32,000 bases of DNA from Candidatus Saccharimonadota bacterium (GTDB lineage: Bacteria; Patescibacteriota; Gracilibacteria; UBA1369; 2-02-FULL-48-14): the NCBI GenBank assembly GCA_041661045.1, contig JBAZVE010000001.1:870001-902000 (forward strand), in the 5' to 3' direction. Positions 23,222 through 30,305 of this stretch are shown piece by piece (position 1 is the first letter of the stretch; every line of letters begins with the position of its first letter). Under the pieces are notes generated by a model. That model ran no database searches. It had not been told where the DNA came from and saw only the letters and a program-made list of their open reading frames with translations. The position numbers and the translations under genes were made by a program.

Positions 23222-24685
23222 TCAGAACAGTTGTTTAGCAAGGATAATGATCTTTGCAACCTCAGCACGGTTAGGGACTTCATCAGGGCGGAACTTACCC
23301 GTTGCTTCGTCACCTGATATCACTCCCACGCTTAGTGCATAGTTGATCGCATTCACATTTGAATGATCAAGTGTGACATCACTGAAAGGTGCTTCACTTG
23401 CGTCAGAGACATCCAAGCCAAGCACATCAACGATCAGTTGAATGAGTTCGCCTCGCGTAACTTCTGATGTGTATTCAGCATCATCTACAAGTGCATTTTC
23501 AACCCGACTTAACAGGTCTTCACTAAGTAAATCTGAGAAATCATTTTGGAGTGTGAGTGCGTAACCACGAGCCCAGAAATCACCCTCTGCAATTTCCTCA
23601 GGGTCTTTATCTAAGACACATTGCAAGACAAACTTCATACTTTCTCCAAACAGTACTTCATTTGAAGGACGGAATTCGCCTAATTCATTTCCCGCTTCAT
23701 CTTTGAATCCAGAAATACAAGCTTCTGAATCCATTTGGTCAACAAAATTGAAGAACCATTCTTCATCATCTGTATCTCTAAACGGAATCACATCATCTTC
23801 GAATTTCTTTTCAGTGGATTCATTTTTAATCTCTTCAATCTTGTCTTCCAGATCTGAGGCCTTCTTTTCAGAATCGTCATCTGATTCAATAATTCCTTCG
23901 ATGTCTGAGATCACTTCATCCTCATTTACTCCACTTACATTGAAGTTCGCCAGAGCAATGAGAAGGTTACTCAATTCTGATTCAACCGTGGTGGAAAGGG
24001 CCGTAAGGGCGTCATCGATCGCAGTGTTTGAGGCCTGGTCTTCTTCGGACAATAAGTTTTCAACAAAATCTGCGATTTCTTCTTCAAAGTCTTCAAAACA
24101 TTCATCAAACTCATCAGCATCATCATCTTCTGAGACTACTGCTTCAGCAATACATTCTCCAAAGTTTTCACCAAGTTCAGATTCCTCACTGGCTGAGTGT
24201 ATGTCTTTTCCCTTGGCGTACATTGCTTCATGTTTGGCTTCTTTAGCAAGATCTTCTGCTTCTTCATAGTTTCCTGCGTCAAATTCGGTTTGTGCATCAG
24301 CAAGAAGCACTTTTGCACCCTCAAGTCTAACCAGTGCATCAGAAACATCTTTTCCTTCCGCCTCTTTTTCAACAATAGTTTCTTCTGCTTCAGCAATTTC
24401 TTCCTCAGCGTCTTCAATCTTATCAGCTGCATTTTCCATATCAGAATCTTCGTCATCTTCATCCTTCTCTTCATCCTTCTCTTCCTCTTCATCTTCATCT
24501 TCATCCTCCTCTTCATCCTCCTCTATATCGGCCGATTCATCATCGCTATCTGGATTGTCAGAGCTTTCACCTTCTTCCGATAATGCAACAGTGTCAGATG
24601 CTTCTCCATCGTCAGTAATGGCTGCTAAGGCTAGCGATGTAGGCACAAGGAGTACGAGCAAAGCAATAAATAGATTTTTATACAT
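23222..24685 (-). CDS. Secreted, extremely acidic protein with a C-terminal SLH domain
   Basis: 487 aa with signal peptide LLVLLVPTSLALA and long D/E tracts (DEEEDEDEDEEEEKDEEKDEDDEDSD). C-terminal FSDVTLDHSNVNAINYALSVGVISGDEATGKFRPDEVPNRAEVAKII is an SLH motif. Confidence 0.85.
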   Translation of the reverse strand: MYKNLFIALLVLLVPTSLALAAITDDGEASDTVALSEEGESSDNPDSDDESADIEEDEEEDEDEDEEEEKDEEKDEDDEDSDMENAADKIEDAEEEIAEAEETIVEKEAEGKDVSDALVRLEGAKVLLADAQTEFDAGNYEEAEDLAKEAKHEAMYAKGKDIHSASEESELGENFGECIAEAVVSEDDDADEFDECFEDFEEEIADFVENLLSEEDQASNTAIDDALTALSTTVESELSNLLIALANFNVSGVNEDEVISDIEGIIESDDDSEKKASDLEDKIEEIKNESTEKKFEDDVIPFRDTDDEEWFFNFVDQMDSEACISGFKDEAGNELGEFRPSNEVLFGESMKFVLQCVLDKDPEEIAEGDFWARGYALTLQNDFSDLLSEDLLSRVENALVDDAEYTSEVTRGELIQLIVDVLGLDVSDASEAPFSDVTLDHSNVNAINYALSVGVISGDEATGKFRPDEVPNRAEVAKIIILAKQLF

Positions 24686-24707
24686 GACTTGATGGTTAAA
24701 TCATGTT

Positions 24708-24736
24708 ATTTTACACTACTTTATATGTATGGTCAA
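24708..24736 (-). promoter_or_regulatory. Sigma70-type promoter of the acidic SLH gene (TTGACC-N17-TAAAAT)
   Basis: On the minus strand, -35 TTGACC (24731-24736) and -10 TAAAAT (24708-24713) are separated by exactly 17 nt. The -10 lies 22 nt upstream of the ATG at 24685. Confidence 0.5.
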
Positions 24737-24781
24737 ACTGCAGTGTTTGCAAGGGCTGCTTATAAATAGCCAAATTTGATG

Positions 24782-24897
24782 CCTTTTTATACTGTTTCAA
24801 CTATCTCATTTAGTCTGAAATGCCACAATTGTGTCTCACGGAAGAGTAGGTAAGATGAAACAGTCCCAAGGGTACTAGCCTCGAATGGCCAGCCAAT
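24782..24897 (+). repeat. Cassette-boundary repeat copy I (long form, modules 1+2+3, divergent)
   Basis: CCTTTTTATACTGTTTCAACTATCTCATTTAGTCTGAAATGCCACAATTGTGTCTCACGGAAGAGTAGGTAAGATGAAACAGTCCCAAGGGTACTAGCCTCGAATGGCCAGCCAAT. Core at 24870-24895. Confidence 0.9.
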
Positions 24898-25084
24898 TCG
24901 GTCTCTGATACGATGAGTTTTTAAGCAGACTCCCGCAACAATGCCCCACGAGGTAGACCTAAGGCCAAGATTCTTGGGGACTTCTTGTAGTCTTGTAACT
25001 TTTGAAGAAGCTGTCGGCCTGCCTCTGTACGATTAAGAAAAATCATAAAAAAATGTATTGACCTAGAAAACACTTTAACCCATC

Positions 25085-25114
25085 AAAGGTGTCATTGAAT
25101 CAAGTGACACCTTT
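25085..25114 (+). terminator. Perfect 10-bp hairpin followed by a T-rich run (terminator-like or structured element) in a 350-nt noncoding gap
   Basis: AAAGGTGTCA ttgaatcaag TGACACCTTT followed by TCTTCATT. The inner TTG/CAA can extend the stem. No upstream plus-strand gene is evident. Confidence 0.3.
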
Positions 25115-25250
25115 TCTTCATTCAAGTGTTTATCAGTATGTACACTGTTTAATATGTTCAAATGGTTGAGCAAAAAGAAGACAACATACAAACTTTAAGA
25201 AAATTATTGAAGTCCCATTTGGACTGATTTATTTTTTAACCCCCTATTCT

Positions 25251-25811
25251 ATGAAGACTTTAATCTTTAGCCTGATGGTGGTTGCCCTTTTGGGCATGCA
25301 TATAGTTCAGGCAGCTCAAACTCAAACTCAAACTCAAAATTTTGAGGATATCCCACAAGGTGCCTGGTATGAAGAAGCCGTACAGTTTATGCATCAATGG
25401 GAATTCATGACTGGTGACACAAACGGAAATTTTGATCCCCATCGTTCCGTTAATCGGGCAGAACTCGCTATGGTGATGTACCGCTTTTACTATCACTTAG
25501 AAAATCAATTCCAGTTGTCTCCAGTGGTGGGAACCATGGATGTTGATAAAAATGAAACTTTCACCATTACATTGGATGCTAACCCTAGCACCGGTTACGA
25601 ATGGCAAGTGAATTTTGATGAAGATTATCTAGACTTGACGGACCGTGATTTCGAAGCAGATTCCGAGCTTTTGGGCAGTAGTGGGGAAGAAACTTTCCAG
25701 TTCAAAGCTTTGGAGTCTGGCACCACCTATATTTATTTCATCTATTTGCGCCCCTTCGAAGAAGATGAAGCGCCTATTGAGAAGCAGATCTACAAAATAA
25801 GAATTTCTTGA
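25251..25811 (+). CDS. Secreted SLH-domain protein fused to a chagasin/ICP-type (I42) cysteine-peptidase inhibitor domain
   Basis: 186 aa with a signal peptide. SLH motif FEDIPQGAWYEEAVQFMHQWEFMTGDTNGNFDPHRSVNRAELAMVMYRF. C-terminal FTITLDANPSTGYEWQVNFDEDYLDL...GSSGEETFQFKALESGTTYIYFIYLRPFE carries the NP(S/T)TGY.W signature of the I42 family. Confidence 0.85.
   Translation: MKTLIFSLMVVALLGMHIVQAAQTQTQTQNFEDIPQGAWYEEAVQFMHQWEFMTGDTNGNFDPHRSVNRAELAMVMYRFYYHLENQFQLSPVVGTMDVDKNETFTITLDANPSTGYEWQVNFDEDYLDLTDRDFEADSELLGSSGEETFQFKALESGTTYIYFIYLRPFEEDEAPIEKQIYKIRIS
25315..25338 (+). repeat. Hexanucleotide tandem repeat (CTCAAA)x4 inside the SLH-chagasin gene
   Basis: Four exact units encoding the TQTQTQ stretch just after the predicted signal-peptide cleavage site. 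Confidence 0.8.
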
Positions 25812-25934
25812 TCACTAAATTTTGCTATAGTGAAAGAAGGATTTTTAAAACTTTGCCGATAAAAACGAACACATCCAGGAATCTTAAAAACCAGTTGCCT
25901 TTTCTGAAGGAGGTGTACTGGAGAACAGACTGAA

Positions 25935-26050
25935 ACCCCGGGCGTAAGCCTGTGGGAGTTTCACCAGTGTACGGGCTTATGTGCATGAGAGAAGAAAGAG
26001 ATCCAGAAGAAATAAGAATGGCCTTTCGGTCTTGTCGTGCAGGTTCAAAT
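25935..26050 (+). pseudogene. Remnant of a second yggS-like gene (3' portion only)
   Basis: GGGCTTATGTGCATGAGAGAAGAAAGAGATCCAGAAGAAATAAGAATGGCCTTTCGGTCTTGTCGTGCAG aligns with yggS 29379-29446 (GGTCTTATGTGTATGGGAAAAGAGGGAGATCCAGAAGAAACGAGAAAGGCCTTTCGGCTTTGTCGCCAG). In translation this is RKPVGVSPVYGLMCMREERDPEEIRMAFRSCRAGSNF* against RKLRFISVVGLMCMGKEGDPEETRKAFRLCRQLA. There is no upstream coding continuation. Confidence 0.6.
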
Positions 26051-26112
26051 TTTTGACTGACACCTTTTGCCAGATGATGTGTTTCTAATGGTGTTGCTTA
26101 ACCCACTCACTC

Positions 26113-26910
26113 ATGTTTATCACATTTAAAAAAACCACCTGTTCTATACTGATCATATCTGGACTGCTCCTTAACACCCAGGTGAGTTTTGCTGCGGTCT
26201 TTGATGATGTTGACCCAAGCACTTCCGAATACTTAGCAGTAGAGTACCTATCAGGTTACGCAGTGATCAGTGGCTATGAAGATGGCTCTATTAAGCCAGC
26301 CCAAGAAATAAATCGTGCAGAAATGGTGGCAATGATGGTCCGTGCAAGTTATGGTGAGCCATCAGCCACACAGTATAGAAACTGTTTTCCTGATGTAGGA
26401 GAAGAATGGTTTGCACCTTATATTTGTTATGCAAAAGCGTATGGCTGGATTAAAGGCTATGATGATGGATATTTCCACCCCGCACGAATTGTGAACCGTG
26501 CAGAAGCCTTAAAAATGGTAAGTAACTCTTTTGAATATCAAGTGTCTGTACAAAATCAAGAAAAAGTAAATGCGTACAACGATGTGTCGGACAATGATTG
26601 GTTTGGACGCTATGCTCAATTTCAACATGAATACAATCTAAATATGTTTTTTGGTGATGAATTACATCCCGATTGGCACTTGGATCGTGGCCAAGCGATT
26701 GAGATAGTATACAGACACCACTTAATGCATCAACAAGGTGAGCCTCAATATCTAGATGAAGAGGATCGCATGCAATACTTAATCGATCAAGGTTTTGGTG
26801 ATCAAGTCCAAGAGCATCTTGAAGATCAAGACCAAGACCAAGACCAAGACCAAGACCAAGACCAAGACCAAGACCAAGACCGAGACCAAGACCAAGACCA
26901 AGGGTACTAG
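26113..26910 (+). CDS. Secreted protein with two SLH domains and a C-terminal (Asp-Gln)n repeat
   Basis: 265 aa with a signal peptide. SLH motifs FDDVDPSTSEYLAVEYLSGYAVISGYEDGSIKPAQEINRAEMVAMMVRA and FPDVGEEWFAPYICYAKAYGWIKGYDDGYFHPARIVNRAEALKMV. The tail is EDQDQDQDQDQDQDQDQDQDRDQDQDQGY*. The last two codons and the stop lie inside repeat copy J. Confidence 0.85.
   Translation: MFITFKKTTCSILIISGLLLNTQVSFAAVFDDVDPSTSEYLAVEYLSGYAVISGYEDGSIKPAQEINRAEMVAMMVRASYGEPSATQYRNCFPDVGEEWFAPYICYAKAYGWIKGYDDGYFHPARIVNRAEALKMVSNSFEYQVSVQNQEKVNAYNDVSDNDWFGRYAQFQHEYNLNMFFGDELHPDWHLDRGQAIEIVYRHHLMHQQGEPQYLDEEDRMQYLIDQGFGDQVQEHLEDQDQDQDQDQDQDQDQDQDRDQDQDQGY
26824..26901 (+). repeat. Hexanucleotide tandem repeat (GACCAA)x13, two variant units
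   Basis: One GATCAA unit, eight GACCAA, one GACCGA, then three GACCAA. It is in frame and encodes (DQ)n. Confidence 0.9.
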
Positions 26911-26914
26911 ACCC
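26902..26914 (+). repeat. Cassette-boundary repeat copy J (truncated module 3)
   Basis: GGGTACTAGACCC. Its TAG (26908-26910) is the stop codon of the SLH/(DQ)n gene, and the GGCCAGCC end is absent. Confidence 0.6.
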
Positions 26915-27207
26915 TACTTGCATCATTCATTTCTCCTGTGAGTCTAGCGATTGCTGTAAGTTTTTGATCGATATTTGATTGGTAGTTGCCGCTTGGATTG
27001 CAGGCGCATTTCTGCTCGGTTGTATGCTGGCTTACTTGATCCCTCCAGCTGGAAGCTTTCTTATATATCGCTGCTACAGATTTGATCTCAAAGTTGAAGG
27101 AAAAAAGAAAAAATTATTCCTGTAGAAAGATGATCCAGCAAATATTTTTGTTTTTGTCTGCATGGGTTCAGTGCTATTCTAAACTGTACTGTTTTATTTG
27201 GATAGTT

Positions 27208-28275
27208 ATGAATAGAGACGAAAAACCACAACTACTGCAAGATTTAAATCAGAGTACCGGAGTACTGCTCATTACAGATACGAATGGGCACATTTTGTAT
27301 GTTAATAGGCAAGTTGAGGAAACGAAAGGCTTTTCTGAACAAGAAATCTTGGGAAAACGGCCAGGTGAACTATGGGGAGGACATATGGATGAGTCTTTTT
27401 ATGAGAAAATGTGGAATTATATTTATGTTCAAAACCGCCCTTTTGTTAGTGAAGTACAAAACCTGAATAAACAGGGAGATGTCTTACATGAAGAGGTACA
27501 CATTGCTCCCCTCCTGAATCCTGAGGGCGAGGTAGAATATTTTATTGAGATCGATCCCAAAGTTCACACCAAAAGTGAACTTTCTTCTTTTGATCAAGAA
27601 TTTCTTTCCTTGGGTAAAGCTCCGCCATTGACGCCCGACGACTTGATGCACATGCTTAAACGCTGGATTCTCAAAGAACCATTGAACCGTCAGCCCGATC
27701 TCAAAGAAGATTTTGCTCACTTCATGCATCGGCTTTTCTTGTCGCAGAATACAAACTCAAAGATTGAAGATAAATTTTTAGTTGAATCTGCCCAAGAAAA
27801 TATAATTGCTTTCAAAAAACTCTACAGCAAGTATTACAAAAAAATCTTTGCTTATTTTGTTCATCGGGTGAACTTTAGGGGAGAGGCTGAGGAGCTTAGT
27901 CAAGAAACTTTCTTGAGGGCGTTCAAAAGTTTGAACTATTTTAGTTATCAAGATTGCACTTACCTCAGTTATTTGTTGATGATCGCTCATAACTTGCTCG
28001 TTAACCACTATCGAAAATACCGGCCCGTCTTGAAAGATGATTTGAGCCTTTTAGCTACTACGGATGCCTCTGAGATTTACAAAGACATTGAACTAGAACT
28101 TTTGTGGAAGGCTGTTCACGAACTTTCTAAGATCGAAGAACAAGTACTCAAGATGAAATACCAAGAAGATCGATCTGTACGGGAGATTGCATATACTTTT
28201 GATAAGAGTGAAAATGCAATTAAACTGATTTTGTCGCGGGCTCGTAAAAAATTAGGTAAACAATTCGCAGAATAA
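27208..28275 (+). CDS. PAS domain fused to an ECF-type sigma-70 factor
   Basis: PAS: GVLLITDTNGHILYVNRQVEETKGFSEQEILGKRPGELWGG...EVHIAPLLNPEGEVEYFIEI. Sigma region 2: FKKLYSKYYKKIFAYFVHRVNFRGEAEELSQETFLRAFKSLNYF...LLMIAHNLLVNHYRKY. Region 4: LSKIEEQVLKMKYQEDRSVREIAYTFDKSENAIKLILSRARKKLGKQF. I prefer the ATG at 27208 (MNRDEKPQ) over the TTG at 27082 used in the track. Confidence 0.85.
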   Translation: MNRDEKPQLLQDLNQSTGVLLITDTNGHILYVNRQVEETKGFSEQEILGKRPGELWGGHMDESFYEKMWNYIYVQNRPFVSEVQNLNKQGDVLHEEVHIAPLLNPEGEVEYFIEIDPKVHTKSELSSFDQEFLSLGKAPPLTPDDLMHMLKRWILKEPLNRQPDLKEDFAHFMHRLFLSQNTNSKIEDKFLVESAQENIIAFKKLYSKYYKKIFAYFVHRVNFRGEAEELSQETFLRAFKSLNYFSYQDCTYLSYLLMIAHNLLVNHYRKYRPVLKDDLSLLATTDASEIYKDIELELLWKAVHELSKIEEQVLKMKYQEDRSVREIAYTFDKSENAIKLILSRARKKLGKQFAE

Positions 28276-28325
28276 AAGTTACTCTTTTTACTGAGATTTA
28301 CATCTCATGTCGGAAAATCCTACTC

Positions 28326-28895
28326 ATGCGAAATCTCGTACTCTTTCTCCATCTGTCGCTCGATGGGTTCAGTGCCACTGAAGATGGCCGCCTTGATTGG
28401 ATCCCGTACAATGAATCGCTTCAACAGTACGCTGCAAAGGTTGTGGCTACCGTGGGTGTGCCTGTGTATGGCCGTGTGACCTACGAAATGATGAAAGGAT
28501 ACTGGCCGATGATGCTTCGGGACGAATCTGCCTCGAAGCAGACCAGAGAACATGCGGAGTGGCTTGAAGGTGTGGAGAAGATTGTCGTATCTACGACACT
28601 TCCAGAACAGGATTGGAACAACACACGAGTCATACGCGAGAATGTTGTAGAAGAGCTTACCAAGCTTAAACAGGAACCCGGGAAGAATCTTGTTATCTTC
28701 GGAAGCATAACGCTTGCAAACTCGCTCATGGAAAGCGATCTCATCGATGAGTTTCAGTTCACAATCAGTCCAGTTTTCCTCGGGAGGGGTAAAACATTTA
28801 TCCGAAGTATAGGGAAAAAGCTTCCACTTGAGCTGCTGGCGTCAGAGGCCGTAGAAGGAGGTGTTGTTGGGCTTCATTATAAGGTGGTGCGGTAA
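28326..28895 (+). CDS. Dihydrofolate reductase-like protein (RibD C-terminal domain family)
   Basis: 189 aa. LSLDGFSATEDGRLDWI, YGRVTYEMM, KNLVIFGSITLANSLMESDLIDEFQFTISPVFLGRGKTF. Confidence 0.85.
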   Translation: MRNLVLFLHLSLDGFSATEDGRLDWIPYNESLQQYAAKVVATVGVPVYGRVTYEMMKGYWPMMLRDESASKQTREHAEWLEGVEKIVVSTTLPEQDWNNTRVIRENVVEELTKLKQEPGKNLVIFGSITLANSLMESDLIDEFQFTISPVFLGRGKTFIRSIGKKLPLELLASEAVEGGVVGLHYKVVR

Positions 28896-28924
28896 ACCTA
28901 TTCACTCATCCAACATTGATCAAT

Positions 28925-29557
28925 ATGAACACTCGAATCGATTCATTGAAGCAAGAAGTGGCCCCGGCAAAGCTCATGGTCGTCACGAAAGGGCGATCGG
29001 CGGAGGAGGTTTATAGGGTTGTTCAGGCTGGGGCACAATATTTGGGTGAGAATCGTGTTCAAGAGGTGTTGGCAAAATACAGTCCGGATTTAATGGAAGC
29101 GCTTGCTTTGGCGGGCGCAGAAAACCATTTTATTGGCAAGCTCCAGACCAACAAGGTGAAAGCGCTTTTGCCTTATATTCACGCCATTCATTCCGTGGAT
29201 AGTTTGAAATTGGCTCAAAAAATTCACAAAGAAGCAGAATCTCTTGGGCGTATCATTCCGGTCTACCTACAAGTAAACGCTACTGGTGAAGCTCAAAAAT
29301 CAGGTTTTTCGCCAGAAGTTCTTCGGGCGCATATAGAAGAGATTCGTAAGTTAAGATTTATATCGGTGGTCGGTCTTATGTGTATGGGAAAAGAGGGAGA
29401 TCCAGAAGAAACGAGAAAGGCCTTTCGGCTTTGTCGCCAGCTGGCCAATGAGTATGAGCTCGAAGGCTGTTCCATGGGCATGAGTGCGGATTACCCCATC
29501 GCTCTCTCCGAAGGATCAACCATGGTTAGAATTGGGAGGAGGGTATTTGAGGGTTAA
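28925..29557 (+). CDS. yggS: YggS-family pyridoxal-phosphate homeostasis protein
   Basis: KLMVVTKGRS (PLP Lys), YLGENRVQE, FIGKLQTNKVK, HSVDSLKLA, YLQVNATGEAQKSGF, GLMCMG, SMGMSADY, GSTMVRIGRRVF. The ATG at 28925 is preferred over the TTG at 28916. Confidence 0.9.
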   Translation: MNTRIDSLKQEVAPAKLMVVTKGRSAEEVYRVVQAGAQYLGENRVQEVLAKYSPDLMEALALAGAENHFIGKLQTNKVKALLPYIHAIHSVDSLKLAQKIHKEAESLGRIIPVYLQVNATGEAQKSGFSPEVLRAHIEEIRKLRFISVVGLMCMGKEGDPEETRKAFRLCRQLANEYELEGCSMGMSADYPIALSEGSTMVRIGRRVFEG

Positions 29558-29615
29558 AACCTAGCCAACTCAGAGGCCTTGTTTTTTAAGAGTTTTTTTT
29601 GGTATATTTTTTACA

Positions 29616-29948
29616 ATGAAAAAAAGAGGATCCAACAGACAAACAATTCGGAAGATCCTGTTTATTTTTGGGTCATTGCTTGTGTTTGCTGTACTTATTA
29701 TTGGGCTGGTTGTTCTTTTAGAGATATTGCCTCGGGATGGGTGGGACGGGTTCTTTAGAGAAGAAAAGTTGGTGTGTAAGGATGCGGGGGGAGATTACTC
29801 TCTCTTAAATGGCTGTGGCGATTCGTGTGGTCTCCTTTCAGGAGAAGTAGCTTGCATTGCATCATTTTCCTACGCATGTGACTGTGGATCCAATCAATGT
29901 TGGGACGGGATAGAGTGTGTGAGTAATGAGTCTTTTGGAAATAAGTAA
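29616..29948 (+). CDS. Membrane-anchored small Cys-rich protein (8 Cys), duplicate of 22809..23141
   Basis: 110 aa, near-identical to the first copy at both DNA and protein level, and followed 6 nt later by repeat core K. Confidence 0.8.
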   Translation: MKKRGSNRQTIRKILFIFGSLLVFAVLIIGLVVLLEILPRDGWDGFFREEKLVCKDAGGDYSLLNGCGDSCGLLSGEVACIASFSYACDCGSNQCWDGIECVSNESFGNK

Positions 29949-29950
29949 CC

Positions 29951-29983
29951 CCAGGGGTGCTAGACCCACATCTCCAGCCAATA
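29951..29983 (+). repeat. Cassette-boundary repeat copy K (module 3, divergent middle)
   Basis: CCAGGGGTGCTAGACCCACATCTCCAGCCAATA. Core at 29955-29980. Confidence 0.75.
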
Positions 29984-29993
29984 AAAATCGATT

Positions 29994-30299
29994 ATGAGCT
30001 TTCTCTATAATAGAGTTGAAACAAAAGATAAGGTGAAAATTTCTTTCAAGAATTATTATCTCTGGTACTTGAATATTACTGCTATCTTTGCCATGGCTTT
30101 TGTGAAGCCTGGGTCAGAACTCACATATATTGCTACGATTCTTGTATTTTTATTACTGTTAGCCATCTTTTTGTATCAGTTTATTGTCCGCATGAATCTA
30201 GCGACTGAAATTGGGAAGGCCATGAAGAACGGCTCAGTGGAGGTGAGTGGAAGTAAGTTTTCGAATAAAAACCCCCTAACCTATATTATAAAAAAATAG
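29994..30299 (+). CDS. Small two-TM membrane protein, unknown function
   Basis: 101-aa ORF with hydrophobic segments WYLNITAIFAMAFV and IATILVFLLLLAIFLYQFIV. Its stop is followed 6 nt later by repeat copy L. Confidence 0.6.
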   Translation: MSFLYNRVETKDKVKISFKNYYLWYLNITAIFAMAFVKPGSELTYIATILVFLLLLAIFLYQFIVRMNLATEIGKAMKNGSVEVSGSKFSNKNPLTYIIKK

Positions 30300-30305
30300 G
30301 TCTTA

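Noticed and set aside
23703-24583. Plus-strand and alternative-frame ORFs 23703..24269, 24028..24246, 24197..24583 and 24136..24516
   Set aside because: They are shadow frames of the low-complexity GAA/GAT-rich region encoding the acidic SLH protein. Their Ser-rich, Lys-rich or Phe-rich products are artefacts of that composition.
26450-26926. Minus-strand ORF with a (Gly-Leu)n run
   Set aside because: It is antisense to the well-supported double-SLH gene, and its GLGLGL run is simply the reverse complement of the (GACCAA)n repeat.
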